A stretch of 64,000 nucleotides of DNA, from NCBI GenBank assembly GCA_040954595.2, contig CM082578.2:10029519-10093518 (forward strand). The letters run 5' to 3'. Position numbers and translations under genes: made by a program. The DNA comes from Balanoglossus misakiensis. Lineage: Eukaryota; Animalia; Hemichordata. Positions 27,919 to 40,674 of the stretch are shown piece after piece. The notes under the pieces are model-generated. The model made no database searches, was not told the origin of the DNA, and saw only the letters and a program-made list of their open reading frames with translations. Positions within the stretch are counted from its first letter, which is position 1, and the number at the start of each line of letters is the position of its first letter.

Positions 27919-28546
27919 AGCACCATCTGAAATCATTGTGATCACCAATAGTACGAGACAATCTTGGATATTCGAATTCACATAAACATTTGACCTCCCC
28001 GTGAAAAATATTAAGATTGATTGAAATACCCAATAGTTATTTCATGTAGAGTATAATTAAGTCGTCCATATTTCATTTATAATGCGGGGAAAAACCATGA
28101 AAAAGCGTCAAAAACACACCGCATTTAATTCTTATCAGTTATTTCCCAGCGGAATGGATTCCAAAAATCACACATATTTTACACTCCCCGATCAGATCGT
28201 TTTGTCAGTAGTTAGTTAGTTTGTTTGTTTAAATATATATTGTATAACGATAACAAAGTTTTAGATAATTTGAGAAGATATGTTACAGGTTTTCAGTGTC
28301 TTTTTCGTTGTTGGTAAATAGTCGGCTGTATTAAAACCGTGAAAGAGGAATTGTTTATGTAAATAAAATACTTTTTCTGACAATTGAAAGAATGAAATAT
28401 AAACTCGAAACTCACAAGCCATACCTTCAAGCCTGGGAACTCAAAAGATCTTTGGTCATGCGGGCCACTAGGGAAAGAGATAACTTGAATAGGATATTTT
28501 TAATAAATTTAACGATTCAAAATTTAGCCTTCGAATCACCTATATA

Positions 28547-28615
28547 TAGAGAGAGAGACTGAGAGAGAGAGTGACAGAGAGACAGAGCCCAGAGTCAGAG
28601 AGATGAGAGAGAGAG
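28547..28615. repeat. Degenerate (GA)n tract
   Basis: Direct reading. Confidence 0.8.
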
Positions 28616-29707
28616 GTTGTCATGGAAACGCACAGGCGATTGCATTCCAATTTGTGGTAGAGTTGCTGATAACGAGTTTCTTATTGCTTATTACAAATAC
28701 ATAATGAAATGATTTGATAATGTTAACATGTGCCGTTAATAAGAAATGGTTGAAAGCGTGACCAAAAAGCCCCCCGGAAATAGCGATATGTTAGGCCATA
28801 CCATCATTTCCCAATCGCCTATCCTGCTATTTCCCTTGGTATTCGAGAACGGATAAATTTACCGCGGTCATTCATTGCACAGCAGTCGCAAACAGCGTGT
28901 GCTTCTCTTCGAATGCCGAAGGACGATTGATTAATTGCATCTACTATAGGTCTTCTTGGAATAATCCATCAAATTGTCATTTTTTTGTCATTTCTTCCAT
29001 TTCGAATTGTTGCCATCAGTAACATCCTGTTAAATCCGGCGTTTTTACCGATTCGGAAGCGCTTTACCTGAAGAAAACATAATCAATCGAGTCGTGCATC
29101 AATGCTCCAGCAAAATGTCATTTTTTTTTTGCGAATCCATATAACATGTAGTATTAAAGGTCATTTGACAGAATAAAGGTAACTTCATGATGGATTGAAA
29201 ACTTGTCCACAAAAGACTGGTGGTAGTCGCTCCAAGATTTCCTGATCGGCTTACCGATCGTCTAACTCAAATATTCAATTAACTCCACGAGAATACAGAT
29301 ACACCGTCAAATAAATCCATCATGTTTATGTCACTCTCAATCGGAACAGTCCAACGTTTTCATAAAACAGCTTATACGAATCAATATTGTATACAATGTC
29401 GGCTTAAAATAGTTCAACATCATCGAGTTTCCTTTTAAATTGAAATAAATTAAATTAAATGTTCATACATTGTGCGAGTTTGAATTTGCCTTCGTGGTGC
29501 GTACAACAATTTACATTTACATCGGATGTGCCTACTCGAACGCATAAGTTTGTGGATGTTCTGTTTTTGCACGGTGAATGACAACTGCAACGCGAATGAA
29601 AATTCGATTAATATGTTCTTCGTTGCTTGAAGTACCGAGAGTGCAGGAGTCGGTCTCGGTTCGAGATAACCATATACAGTGGAGAATTTCCGCCGTCCGT
29701 ATATGAG

Positions 29708-30841
29708 TTAACATTTCACCTGCGGCATAGCCGCGTCTGCATTCACCGCGCTTCCTGCGCCCCTCAGGGTGGAATGATTGGTTTGGATTCTCTGACCCCC
29801 AGCCACTGCCGCCTCGGAGGAGGCCTCATTGGATTGGTCGCCGATATGGACCCGCCGTTTCAGTATGAAGTGGCAGACGACGACGTAGCCGTCCCTGAAC
29901 TGTTTGTTCGTCACCCCGTAGATGATGGAGTCCACGGCCGTGCTGGCGTGCGCTATGATCCAGACAACGATGTGCACGTGCTGGGGGAGCCTGTCTTCGA
30001 AGTCGAGTAGGACGACGACGCCGTACGGCAGCCAGCACAGCGAGAACACGGCAAAGATGGCGAATATCATTTTCAACAACTGGATTTGTCTTTTGGGCAT
30101 TTTCAACGGGCTGGGTGTTTGCGAAGAGGAATTCTCACGCTGGCCCGGTTCCTCCAGTCGGTGGGCCTGTATCTTCATGGCTTGCGACCGAACAAACGAC
30201 AGAATGTTGATGTAGCAAACGATGATCACGGTGCCCGGAAACAAGACGCTCGTACTCACGAAAAACAGAATCCACCCATAATTGGCGGAGCGGTCGTACG
30301 AACAGACCAGCGTTTTCATGTCATACCTATTGTCGCCCCAGTTCAGGAAATTCGGCAGGTCGATGAGGGCCGAGATTGTCCATATGGCGACGGACATGAT
30401 GACGGCCTTGGTACGCGAGAAAATACGTTGGTAGTATCTTCCTTTACAGATGTACACGTACCGGTTTACACTTATCGCCATGATGCTCCAGAGGGAGGCG
30501 ACGCACGCGGTGACACACACGAATGCAACGGCTTCGCAGAGAGCCGAGTTGACGCGGAAGAAGTGGTGCGTCTTAACGATGCCTATCACGTTGAAGGGAA
30601 GAATGAAGGCAGTCACGGCGAGGTCCGAGAGAGCGAGGTTAAAGATGAAGACATTCGACACGGTGCGCAGCTTCTTGATGAAGCTGATCACGACGAGAAC
30701 CAACACGTTGCCTAAAGTTCCCACCACGATCAGCAGGCACTGTATCGTGGCATAGAACACGATGAAAGGGTGGTCCCTATCGTAGCCCGCCTCGTTAACT
30801 CCGCCATACACGTCAACTGAGCCATTGTAATTCGCCGTCAT
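29708..30841 (-). CDS. Class A GPCR, melatonin-receptor-like (NRY motif), intronless CDS, paralog A
   Basis: GN (TM1), NLALSD (TM2), SVNRYVYIC (TM3), CWLPY (TM6), DSIIY (TM7). Probable start MTANYNGS at 30841 with an N-glycosylation site. Confidence 0.92.
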   Translation of the reverse strand: MTANYNGSVDVYGGVNEAGYDRDHPFIVFYATIQCLLIVVGTLGNVLVLVVISFIKKLRTVSNVFIFNLALSDLAVTAFILPFNVIGIVKTHHFFRVNSALCEAVAFVCVTACVASLWSIMAISVNRYVYICKGRYYQRIFSRTKAVIMSVAIWTISALIDLPNFLNWGDNRYDMKTLVCSYDRSANYGWILFFVSTSVLFPGTVIIVCYINILSFVRSQAMKIQAHRLEEPGQRENSSSQTPSPLKMPKRQIQLLKMIFAIFAVFSLCWLPYGVVVLLDFEDRLPQHVHIVVWIIAHASTAVDSIIYGVTNKQFRDGYVVVCHFILKRRVHIGDQSNEASSEAAVAGGQRIQTNHSTLRGAGSAVNADAAMPQVKC

Positions 30842-33800
30842 GGTGATGAGGATGGTCGCATTACGTAGTATTATAGGCAACAACATAAAGTGCCGCAGAA
30901 GTCTGTATGTCGGTGTGCATACCTCTGACCAAAAAGCAATGTCACATATATTTGATTCTGGCGCCACAGATTGGAAGGCGGTCGTCTTCCGAATGACCGG
31001 CTTTCACCAGGGCCGAATCACGCTCGACGTTCTAACTTCTCACCTGGAGAGCGAATGACGACCAACAGGAATCAGAAGATCCTATTTCAGGAGAGTTTCC
31101 TGACGAAAACGAGGCTGCACATATATTTATTCATAGCATACCTACCTACGTATAGGTATAGGCATTATCCCACATACGTCACTTACTTCCAAGGCTTACC
31201 ACTCCAGAACAGTTGTTTTCGATCCAAGACGTCAAAGAGTGACAGTTCATCTGGCGACTCGTGGACTTCGCTGCTGGACATGAGCTGAGCCAAGCACCAT
31301 CTGAAAAGGGTAGGTGTTATCTTCGTCGAGGGGAACCCAAGATAATTTCCCCCGTGCATGAAACCGGGTCACACAAGGATAATATCACGCACACACTGGC
31401 ACTTACGCTCCTACTTTGGGATTTGCCGACTTTTTATTCGCTCGTATCGAGCAAAATTACCACTTCGCAGCAACAACAACCTGAGGTACCCAAGACAAAA
31501 TATTGTGTCTGAGCGAAACCCTCTTATAAAAACACAGGCCTTCCAGTGCGTTTGGGGGGGGGGGGGGGTGCTATCTTAAACGTTCGTTCGATAAAAAAAC
31601 TGAAAAACAGTACAATTGAGAAGAAACAATTCATTTAATATGTGACCGTGGCGCATGAGAATTCTTTCCCTTATTCATTCCTGGTTATCCCAAAATATTT
31701 CGGTGAAAGCAAACACCCCAAGAAAATGTTTTAAGGAGAACCCAAACGTAGTAACATATTTTGAGGGAAAACCCAATACACCTGGCGTGGCCGTTGTTGA
31801 TGACTATTGCACCTTGGGTATTTTAAGGGAATATTTATTGCGTTTTTCGAAAATATCTTTTAGTCCGTGTTAAAGAGATGGGTACGTGTCTTGAATTTGT
31901 GAGCATGCATAATCGTCGAAATATTTAAGATGGTAGTTTGCTTATAAATGGATAATTTTGCCATAATTTTCTTTTGGGGCCTATAGGTATTTGCCTAGAA
32001 ATGAAACGATATGAAATGTTCCTTGATGAAAAAAAAAACGTGACAAACCATAAAATCCCCCGAAAGTGCCGCTAGGCCCGCGTGACACTGCTATCATTTT
32101 GATAAATTGCAGCCTGATTTCCTCATTGATAGAAAACGTTTTGAATTGTATTCTAAGAAGGGGTTTAGTTTGGTTTACGCTGTAATTTTTATAACGCGGT
32201 TTTTTAACTTCTTTCGCTGATGCAACAACTGATGAATATCAGGAACCTTGCTTAATAATTCATAAAATCATAAATAGTTTCTCCAGATGTAGTATGTAGA
32301 TCGTTCCTTCACTTGTTTCAATTGATTTGGTCACAGCCTTGTCCGTCTTCTTTTGTCTGTTTTGTATTGTGATGTTTTGTTTTTGAAATTACGTACAAGA
32401 CCTAACAGCCGGGAGATTGTATTTCTTTTTCCTTTCCCGGCTTCGGTCAGTTTACTGAATGTGATTTCCCCATATGTCGCAATAATAAGGACTACACTCA
32501 AACTATTTTTTGACAGGTAGCGATTATACTCTGGTTGCCCTGCAATGACAGAAATGCATCACACTGACACGTGATTCCATACACAATGTACAAGGAAACT
32601 GTCATTGTTGTGCCTTTACAGTACTCACGGTAGGAGTAAATGGCATTCGAATTCTCAGCTGCGTGCGGTTGTAATTTTAAACGTCGATCTTTAATGCACT
32701 ATGTACGAAAGAACGAGAGTGTAACGCAAAATAACCATTTTCCACGCAAGTTCCTATTTCGCATAAAATTACTAAATTCAAAGAAAGCGACATCTACTGT
32801 TTAATGGTTGAATTCTACGATGCCCAAAATGGAAGTCTGGTGTTGATATCTTTAACTGCTACAGTGAACTCGAAGTTCATGTACAAGGCGTTTTGAAAAT
32901 ATTGGAATCCCATGTTGTTTTCTAAGGCTCTCGACTACTCTGGCAAAAGTACATACATGGCCGCCTTGCAGTCAAATGGTTCGTATTGCAGAAAACAAAT
33001 TAATACGCCTACATGTAACACAGTACATTGTCCTAGTGTCATGTTTAAATGAAATCATTTCAGGCATTTTCTCAGACTGGTAATATTTCAAACACTGTCG
33101 ATGCAAAGTTCAGATACTCAGCTTTCTGAAAATGTTCGGTTTGTATGGGTTCTCACGTGATTTAGATGTGCTACAACATTCACCGACTTTTTATGAGACT
33201 GGCAGCATATGTTAGCCATCACTTCTAGGGGAAAAGGGGGTCAAATGGGAAGAGGTGTTTTGTTCAAAAGCGCAGAATTCGTCATAAATATCCCGGTTCA
33301 GTTCAATGTCCTTCGGCAAATAACAACACACACATGAATTATGTAAATATAGCTAGGAAGCTTGTTAATAGTAGCTCTCCGTGGCGACCATGCGTCTCAC
33401 CACGAGACCGTATTAAGTCTGTACATTCGCAGTGCGCATGAAAAATTAATCCGTTGATTAGTACAACCATAGAGCCAGCCTCCAAGACGTTAATCTGTAA
33501 TTTTGTCAGACTGAGTTAATCCTTCCTGTCAAACGAGATTAGTTTCGTTTCACATCATCCTGCCCACCAAATTCATAAACTATGGACGTGATTTCATTCA
33601 AAATTGACGATTTCCCCCCAATAAGCTTATTACATGGAAAAGATCGCCACATGACTTCAAAGTCTGTGCTAGCAACCTCTTTCATGGCAATTCCGGTCCA
33701 ATTTACCCCATCAATATTCGTCTGGTAATTTTTTATTATACGTGGACAATGATTTTCATATGAAAGGTTGTCATCACCATATACAATGTAAAACCATTTT

Positions 33801-34051
33801 TCTACATTTTTGAAGGTCTTCCACACAAATTGTTTGATTGAGATGATGGCGCGTTCACTTTGAGACAGGCTGAAAGTTTCACCTAATTCCATATTACTTA
33901 CAAGTTGCAGGCTATGCGAGTTTCTCCCTACGTCGTCAAATACAAAAAACCGAGTACTTTCCCATCATGCTCATGGTGCTGCTTTGCCGTTGTTTATATA
34001 ATGAGTGTTACTTTAACATTACTTGGTTTGAACAACAACTTGCTTTGTCAC

Positions 34052-34806
34052 TGTTACGTATAGGAGAAGTTTGCTGTTGTTTTGTGGCCAGGTGTGTTTT
34101 CGCTTACTTTTGTAATTTGAATATTTGCGTGACCAGGTGTGGTGCATTCATTATTTTCCCCATATAAAAAGCCCGCACGGTGTGTTGCGGCGTAGATAGT
34201 AATTTGGACTTGCCCGTGTGAGCTGTTCTGTTCCTCGCCGGCTTGGAAGATGTGCCTTATTTCCTGATACACTGGTCTCAGACTGGAACCCGCGCCCAGA
34301 AACTGTGCTGTATTTCATGCTGTCCTGGTCTGGTAACCGCGCCCAGAAGCCGTGTTGTTTCATGCTGTCCTGGTCTGGAAACCGCGCCCAGTAGTCGTGC
34401 TAACTCATGGGGAATTCGTCCGAAAGCCGTGCCGTCTACCGGGGAATTGTGCCAGAACGCTACTCGGACTGAACGTCGCTGTTGGGACTGCCGTGGTGCT
34501 GGTCGCGTTCGTCGTGCGCTACGAAGCTTGGACTTTAGTCTTTCATTTCCCACACCTGGTGGTCACATTTAAGGTAGTCATTTATTTTACTGTGTTTTTT
34601 TCTCAGTGTACAGTCATTTTATATTTACCAATGTTTAGTTGTAGTAATTAAAAGTTTCCATAAGCAAGGAAATAACGTGTGGTGTGCCTATTGTTGACCG
34701 TCTTTGTTGCGTACTGCGCTGGTTGGTTCACCAAAGCGAGCCATTCAGTAAATCTATTTCTGCTCACTGCCCTGTTCCGGAACTGAACGGCCAGCGTGTC
34801 GTAACA
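34052..34806 (+). mobile_element. Solo LTR copy 2 (extra internal repeat unit)
   Basis: Same TGTTACG...CGTAACA ends; flanks TCAC / (T)TCAC. Confidence 0.85.
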
Positions 34807-35577
34807 TTCACTGCTTTAACATAAGTTGTAACTCTGAGCAAAATTAATTAAGTTATACTTGAGAACCGTCATTTATATCAAAGCTTCGTGGTTTACTTCG
34901 GTGGGTGGCGGTTAAAAGCTGGAAAACAGCGTAACGGTTTTAAGCAGATGTCGTTAATACCAACTTCCCGTTTGGACAGGATGGTTCGGCGCCAGTGAAG
35001 AAACGCATGGTTCAGGCGATGGGGATAGTTTTTTAAATCTTTGGGAACATAGAAAACGGGCGATTCTCCTGTCAAGGAGAGTCTTTTTTTTATTCCTCAA
35101 GTATGATGTCATTCTGGTTGTACATCCCGTATGTTTTTCTATTGTTGCAAAAATAAATTGCCCACTATGGACTTTAAAGATGTATTGATATATTGTTATA
35201 TCTATAGTGGCATTATAATTAATCTAGTAGCCAAACGTTTTCATTCTGAGAGATAACCTCTCTAAAAGTATTAATAATTTAAGCAGACATCGGAAATAGC
35301 GATTCCTTTTTAATTGAAAAAAATGTAGAAGATTACGAAATGTATATTCATTCGCTGTGATTTATGTGTTGCAAATTTAAAGATGATTAATATTAATACA
35401 TTTCAACCGAAAAGCGTTCATTTCTTTCAGTTTATAGCGATATTTCTACTTCTGTGAAAATGCCCGGGGCTTCTTTTCCAGGGAGAGTCGTTCCTTGTAT
35501 TCAACGTCACGCGCTAGGCAGTCCATGCAATGTATATACATATGTAGTCCGTGTGAGTAAAAGTAACTGACTCAAAG

Positions 35578-35604
35578 CACAGTCCCTCTATTCCAGGGAC
35601 TGTG
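35578..35604. mobile_element. 27-bp hairpin micro-insertion with 7-bp TSD
   Basis: CTCAAAG-[CACAGTCCCT ctattcc AGGGACTGTG]-CTCAAAG. Confidence 0.7.
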
Positions 35605-38600
35605 CTCAAAGGTAAATTTTCGGAGGAATATTCAACACTCGACATTTGCAACACGTTTTTGAAACTATAGTCTCTGGGCATTTTGTTTGTATATCCGAGC
35701 TATGTAACACTCGGGCAACGTGGCATCGTTTTGGCATTATTGTCCAGCGCACAATCAACGTTGGGAAGACTAGACAGATGAGATCTACGCTATGAAGTGA
35801 ACAATATAGGGAGAGTTCCGCAGCCCGAGACGAGTAAGCGCAGATAAGACTCTCTCGGAGAGGGATGAGTGGGCAACTCCATTGTAAAAGTGATTACAAT
35901 AAGCACTGGCAGCAATTTGAAGTATACCCTTTAGCGAACGCATTCAGCGTGACCACTTACCATGATAGTCAGAATGATTTTCTCCCATTTTGGATAAGGG
36001 ATAAATGTACATCTTGAGAGTCAGGTGCTCACTGTGGTGTACCCTCATTCATTCGTGCAAATTAAAACGTATCACGTATATGATTTGGAAGGACGGGGAG
36101 ATTGAAACGAAATAGTGCACGACATACCCGAAGGGTGTGCGCTGATAATGCACACACTTATGCTCGTACTTCCCGAGCACCTGCAGTATAAGCACAGGTA
36201 AATCGACCGAGGGTCTTCTTTTCACAGCTGTATGGTCTCCAGCAAGCATATTATCGATACGATGGCCATAACTGCCGAGCGGATGTTAAAGTGCTTGTAA
36301 ATTATGGTGGTGGGTATATACCTGCGTGAGAAATACTGTATGTCTTCCCGAACACTATCTGTCAATCGGTGTCAAATCTTTAATATCGAAATTTAATTTG
36401 ATTACAATATGGTTAGTAAAATGACTTATTACACTAGACAAAATTAAAGTGAGGTCAGATTTATCACACCTTAATGATATTAGAAAATAACTCATATTTT
36501 TTATAACCTACAAGTCGTGACAATCGATTACTGCAAAACGTAGAGACATTTATTAAACTAAATTGATTAACTGGAATGAATCGATGCGCCATGCGAAATG
36601 GAGAAGGTCAAGAAGATAACTTCAGATACATTAAAGTTCTGATCTGTCGATCAAAATTTTACCGAGAACAGTTTTTGCACGGAATATTGGTTTTTCTCGA
36701 GCGGTTATGGTTGCAACTATAATCATGAATTCTGCACAGGTCCGGATGTAATTTGAGTTTTGTGGAATGGGCTATATCCACAAGCTACTTCAGTGCTTGT
36801 CTATTCCTTGTGGTAATTCCGCCAAATCGTGATCGTGGAGTAATAATGATTCCAAACTTTCGGAACAGGAGCCGAATTACTTGTCTGTTCTCTCGGATTT
36901 CGCTTCTTCGCAATATAATCCGTGTACTTTCTCGCTCTTCATTTTTCATCTCAAAGTACAGGAAGGGGTCTTCGAAGCAAATTTCATAATCACAAGGTCA
37001 ACTTCGATGCCTACGTGACCGTGTGCTAATGCTGAACACTGACCGCGGGTGTCGATCGGAGGCGAAGAAAAACCAGCAAAGTGCCATTATATGTAAAATG
37101 TTTGTGCTATTAGCGCCATGGGTCAATACATCGAGCTGCGTATAGGTGCACAATACTTGTGTAAACTCGCTATGTGTGGCGTAAACATGAGTATACATAC
37201 AAGGTTTTCCAATGACAACTATTACATGTATCTACAGGAGCCAGTCTTCAACCGGGTCTGCCCACAACATCGCAAGCAGTATGAGATTTTTTTAATCAGT
37301 TTAAAACTTCCACTTCTATTACTGCTAGCGCTGTGAACTTGCCTCTTGTACGCCCGCAGAGAAGGCACTCACTTTAAGTGAATTGAAATTGCTATCATAC
37401 GAAAAGGAAAACACTCAATCGGGGTCTAGTTTGGTTAGACTGTAAATGTGCATATGGTATTTGTGTCTTTTCTCGAATGTCAGAGTTTCGTTTGAAGGGG
37501 TTTTCTTCATCAATACTATCCAAGAGAATATACAAAATTCTTTCCGAAATAGACAGACAGACAGGTTACCACACTCACATAGTTATTGCAACTAATTTGA
37601 TGAAACTTCCTAGAGATATTGATTTTACAGAAAGACTGTATAGCATTTTCAGTTTCTCGTTAAAACATGTCATTTGAATAGTTAACGGACGTCTGTGACA
37701 TCAATCCAGAGTAATCGGGAAAATGGTGAAAGCATACTACATATTTAAACAATCTCTCTGTACTGAGAGATATACACGCAGTCATTTTTTTAAAACTAGG
37801 TTCTTGTTTACATTTTTAAATCAGCTTCGCACTAAATGAATTATGTCCATGGTTTTTACACCAAATGTACAGTCGCTGTGCTAGTTCTTATCGGCATTAT
37901 AAAGACACATAATAGTCCAGCCACGTGAGCACAGTGTGGTATCTTCTTGTAAGTAATCCGTGCCTCCCAGTAGCGGACTATACAGGTATAACCTACTTAC
38001 ATTCTGTCTTTAAATCACAAGGGTAAAATAATCGCTTCTCCAGCTCTGCTCCTTGCAGCCTCTCGACTCAATTTTCCTGGAAATACATTATGAAATACAT
38101 TATTAACACATTTTACCCCGTTACCCTATTGTGATAATGAGCGTTGGAAACATTGTCTTATTCTTCAACACAAACATACACAAACAATACATATACATTG
38201 AATGGTCTATCGTGTCCCCTGAGTATCGATATGGTACGTGCTTCTTTCACGTTCTCGCGGGGAAAATATTGCAAAGAAGATATGCGAACGTTTTCGCTGC
38301 TTCAAACAAGCTCTTTCTATTCATTGAGCTCTCCAGCCTTGCTGAAGACGAATCACGTTGGAATTGTGTATTATTGATATGTACGTGTTATTGTTCGTGG
38401 TCAAACACAGGGCCTACGCATTTAGACTTGATATCGGCACGCATCACAAAAACATTGAATTTCAATTGAAACTAAAACTCCTTTGCTTGATAGATATGTA
38501 CCTACTTCTATGAATTGAGTGCAAAACCCTTCGGCAGTTGCCTTTCTACGTTTATACCTGCATTAATAATTGCATTGTGACTTTGTCATTGTAATATGCC

Positions 38601-39425
38601 CGTTTGACCGTATTATTTTACTGAAATATATTTCACAATTTCTTGTCAAAGCAGGCTAATTGCATATTGACCATTGTCAAGGGATACAAATCGAGAGATG
38701 TCGCCCAGAGTTGATGAAAGATTTCTATACTGATATTGATCTGAACGAGAGTACAATTAATTTTTATAGTATATTTAATTCGCCTTTGAATTTAGGGATG
38801 TATTTTCATAATTACTGCGCCAAAATGTGTTGGAAATGCCTATCAGAATGTACACTCACTCTACTGGTTCATATTTAGAAATTCTGAAGACACGTTATAT
38901 AGTCTAACTGCGGGAGCGTATTCAGCACACAGACTCCATTCTTGGTCGTCACAGTGAAAGCCTCGAATCACGCTCGTTACCATTATTATCATGATTATAG
39001 GTGGTTACGATGGCCATTTCGTACAAACAACGTTTCAAAACTCGCGAATTTCTTCAACATTAACTGTTTTAGGGCGAATAAAATCACTCGGTCAGCCTCT
39101 GCATCCATTGCAAATCGCAGCAACCTTTAAAGGTTTAGAAACACGTAGTTTATATGGTGTAGCTTTTCATGTGATTTTTTTTTGTGTAGGAGTGATTTTT
39201 GCGCCTCAATGGAATATTTAATGAAGAAAACCAAAATGCACCAGAGCTACACAGTGTGTGGGTGTTTAATCTACGAAGATTGACTGTATTTTACTTCTCG
39301 TTTGTAGACAGGAGTTGCGAGAAAGTCGTCCCAAAAAGCGTCTCGACATTCATGAAGAGAAAAGAAAGAGGACGGCACAACCTTATTTGGAATTCCGGCG
39401 GGAAACGGGCCCTCTGAAGGCAGCC

Positions 39426-40499
39426 ATGTTGACAAATGGATCGTCCGGACTTTTGGAAGATAGCCACGCTCCGAGCGACCCGTTTCTTATCTTTTACTTC
39501 ATTATTCAGACTACACTCATGGTTGGTGGCACAATCGGCAACGTTCTAGTTTTGGTGGCGTTTCTTACCAACAAGAAACTGCTGACCAACGCCAACATTT
39601 TCATTCTGAACCTGGCGGCGGCGGACCTGATCGTGGTTGCTCTGGTTTTACCCTTCAACGTGTTCGGCATTTTGAAGAGTCACCATTTCTTCAGCGCCAA
39701 CACCTGGCTGTGCGAAGCCATCGCTTTCTTCTGCGTGACGTCGTGCATTGCCCAGCTGTGGAGCATCATGGGGATCAGCGTCAACCGCTACGTGTACATC
39801 TGCAAGAGCAAGTACTACAAACAGGTGTTCTCGCGCAGGAACACCGTCGTCATGGTCTTCTTGGTGTGGGTCGTTTCCGGCCTGATTGACCTGCCGAACT
39901 TCTTAGACTGGGGTGGCAACAGGTACGACATGAAAACTCTGGTCTGCTCGTACGACAGGACGGCCAACTACGGGTGGATTCTGTTCTTCGTGGGGACCGC
40001 GGTGATTCTCCCCGGCTTCGTCGACCTGTTCTGCTACTGGTCAATTGTGGTCTACGTGCGACAGCACTCGATGAAAGTCCGACACGGCCAACACGTCAGC
40101 AGTGCGAGCAGGGGGTCAGCAGGAAACAGCGCACCCAGGTTATCGCAGAGACAGATTCAGCTGCTGAAGATGATCGTGTCCATATTCGCCGTGTTCAGCG
40201 TGTGTTGGATCACCTACGGGGTTGTGGTGCTGCTCGATTTCGACGACAACTTGTCGCAGACCACCCACGTCCTGGTGTGGATAGTCGCCCATGCAAGCAG
40301 CACGCTGGACCCGCTGATATACTGTATGACGAACAGACAATTCCGCGAAAGCTTCGCGTTGGCTTGCAGATGTTTCCGAAAGACGAATAGTCTCTCCAGC
40401 CATCGATTTTCATCGAATAGCAATCTCTCGCGGATAAACTTCTCCCGAGCAAACCTCAGAAGGAAACGTTCGAATTCTCGCGTGATCGCATGGGAGTAA
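39426..40499 (+). CDS. Class A GPCR, melatonin-receptor-like (NRY motif), intronless CDS, paralog B
   Basis: GN, NLAAAD, SVNRYVYIC, CWITY, DPLIY. Probable start MLTNGSS in a good context (gccATG); 5'UTR acceptor near 39307. Confidence 0.92.
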   Translation: MLTNGSSGLLEDSHAPSDPFLIFYFIIQTTLMVGGTIGNVLVLVAFLTNKKLLTNANIFILNLAAADLIVVALVLPFNVFGILKSHHFFSANTWLCEAIAFFCVTSCIAQLWSIMGISVNRYVYICKSKYYKQVFSRRNTVVMVFLVWVVSGLIDLPNFLDWGGNRYDMKTLVCSYDRTANYGWILFFVGTAVILPGFVDLFCYWSIVVYVRQHSMKVRHGQHVSSASRGSAGNSAPRLSQRQIQLLKMIVSIFAVFSVCWITYGVVVLLDFDDNLSQTTHVLVWIVAHASSTLDPLIYCMTNRQFRESFALACRCFRKTNSLSSHRFSSNSNLSRINFSRANLRRKRSNSRVIAWE

Positions 40500-40504
40500 T
40501 AGTC

Positions 40505-40506
40505 AT

Positions 40507-40565
<59 letters not shown>

Positions 40566-40674
40566 TTCATTCATTCATTCATTCATTCATTCATTCATTC
40601 ATTCATTCATTCATTCATTCATTCATTCATTCATTCATTCATTCATTCATTCATTCATTCATTCATTCATTCAT
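40505..40674. repeat. Compound (ATTT)n-(ATTC)n microsatellite directly after the GPCR stop codon
   Basis: Direct reading. Confidence 0.98.

Noticed and set aside
27300-30755. Antisense and alternative-frame ORFs over the LRR-Ig and GPCR genes
   Set aside because: Shadow ORFs caused by GC-rich codon usage.
30842-30967. N-terminal extensions in the ORF track (also 26632-26718, 39315-39425 and 126-174)
   Set aside because: They start at non-ATG codons or run through intron/UTR sequence; downstream ATGs or splice acceptors fit better.
16017-34806. One large LTR retrotransposon bounded by two LTR copies
   Set aside because: Each copy has its own TSD, and the interior holds host genes rather than gag-pol.
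29708-40499. Opsin identity for the GPCR pair
   Set aside because: No retinal-binding Lys in TM7 (His instead).
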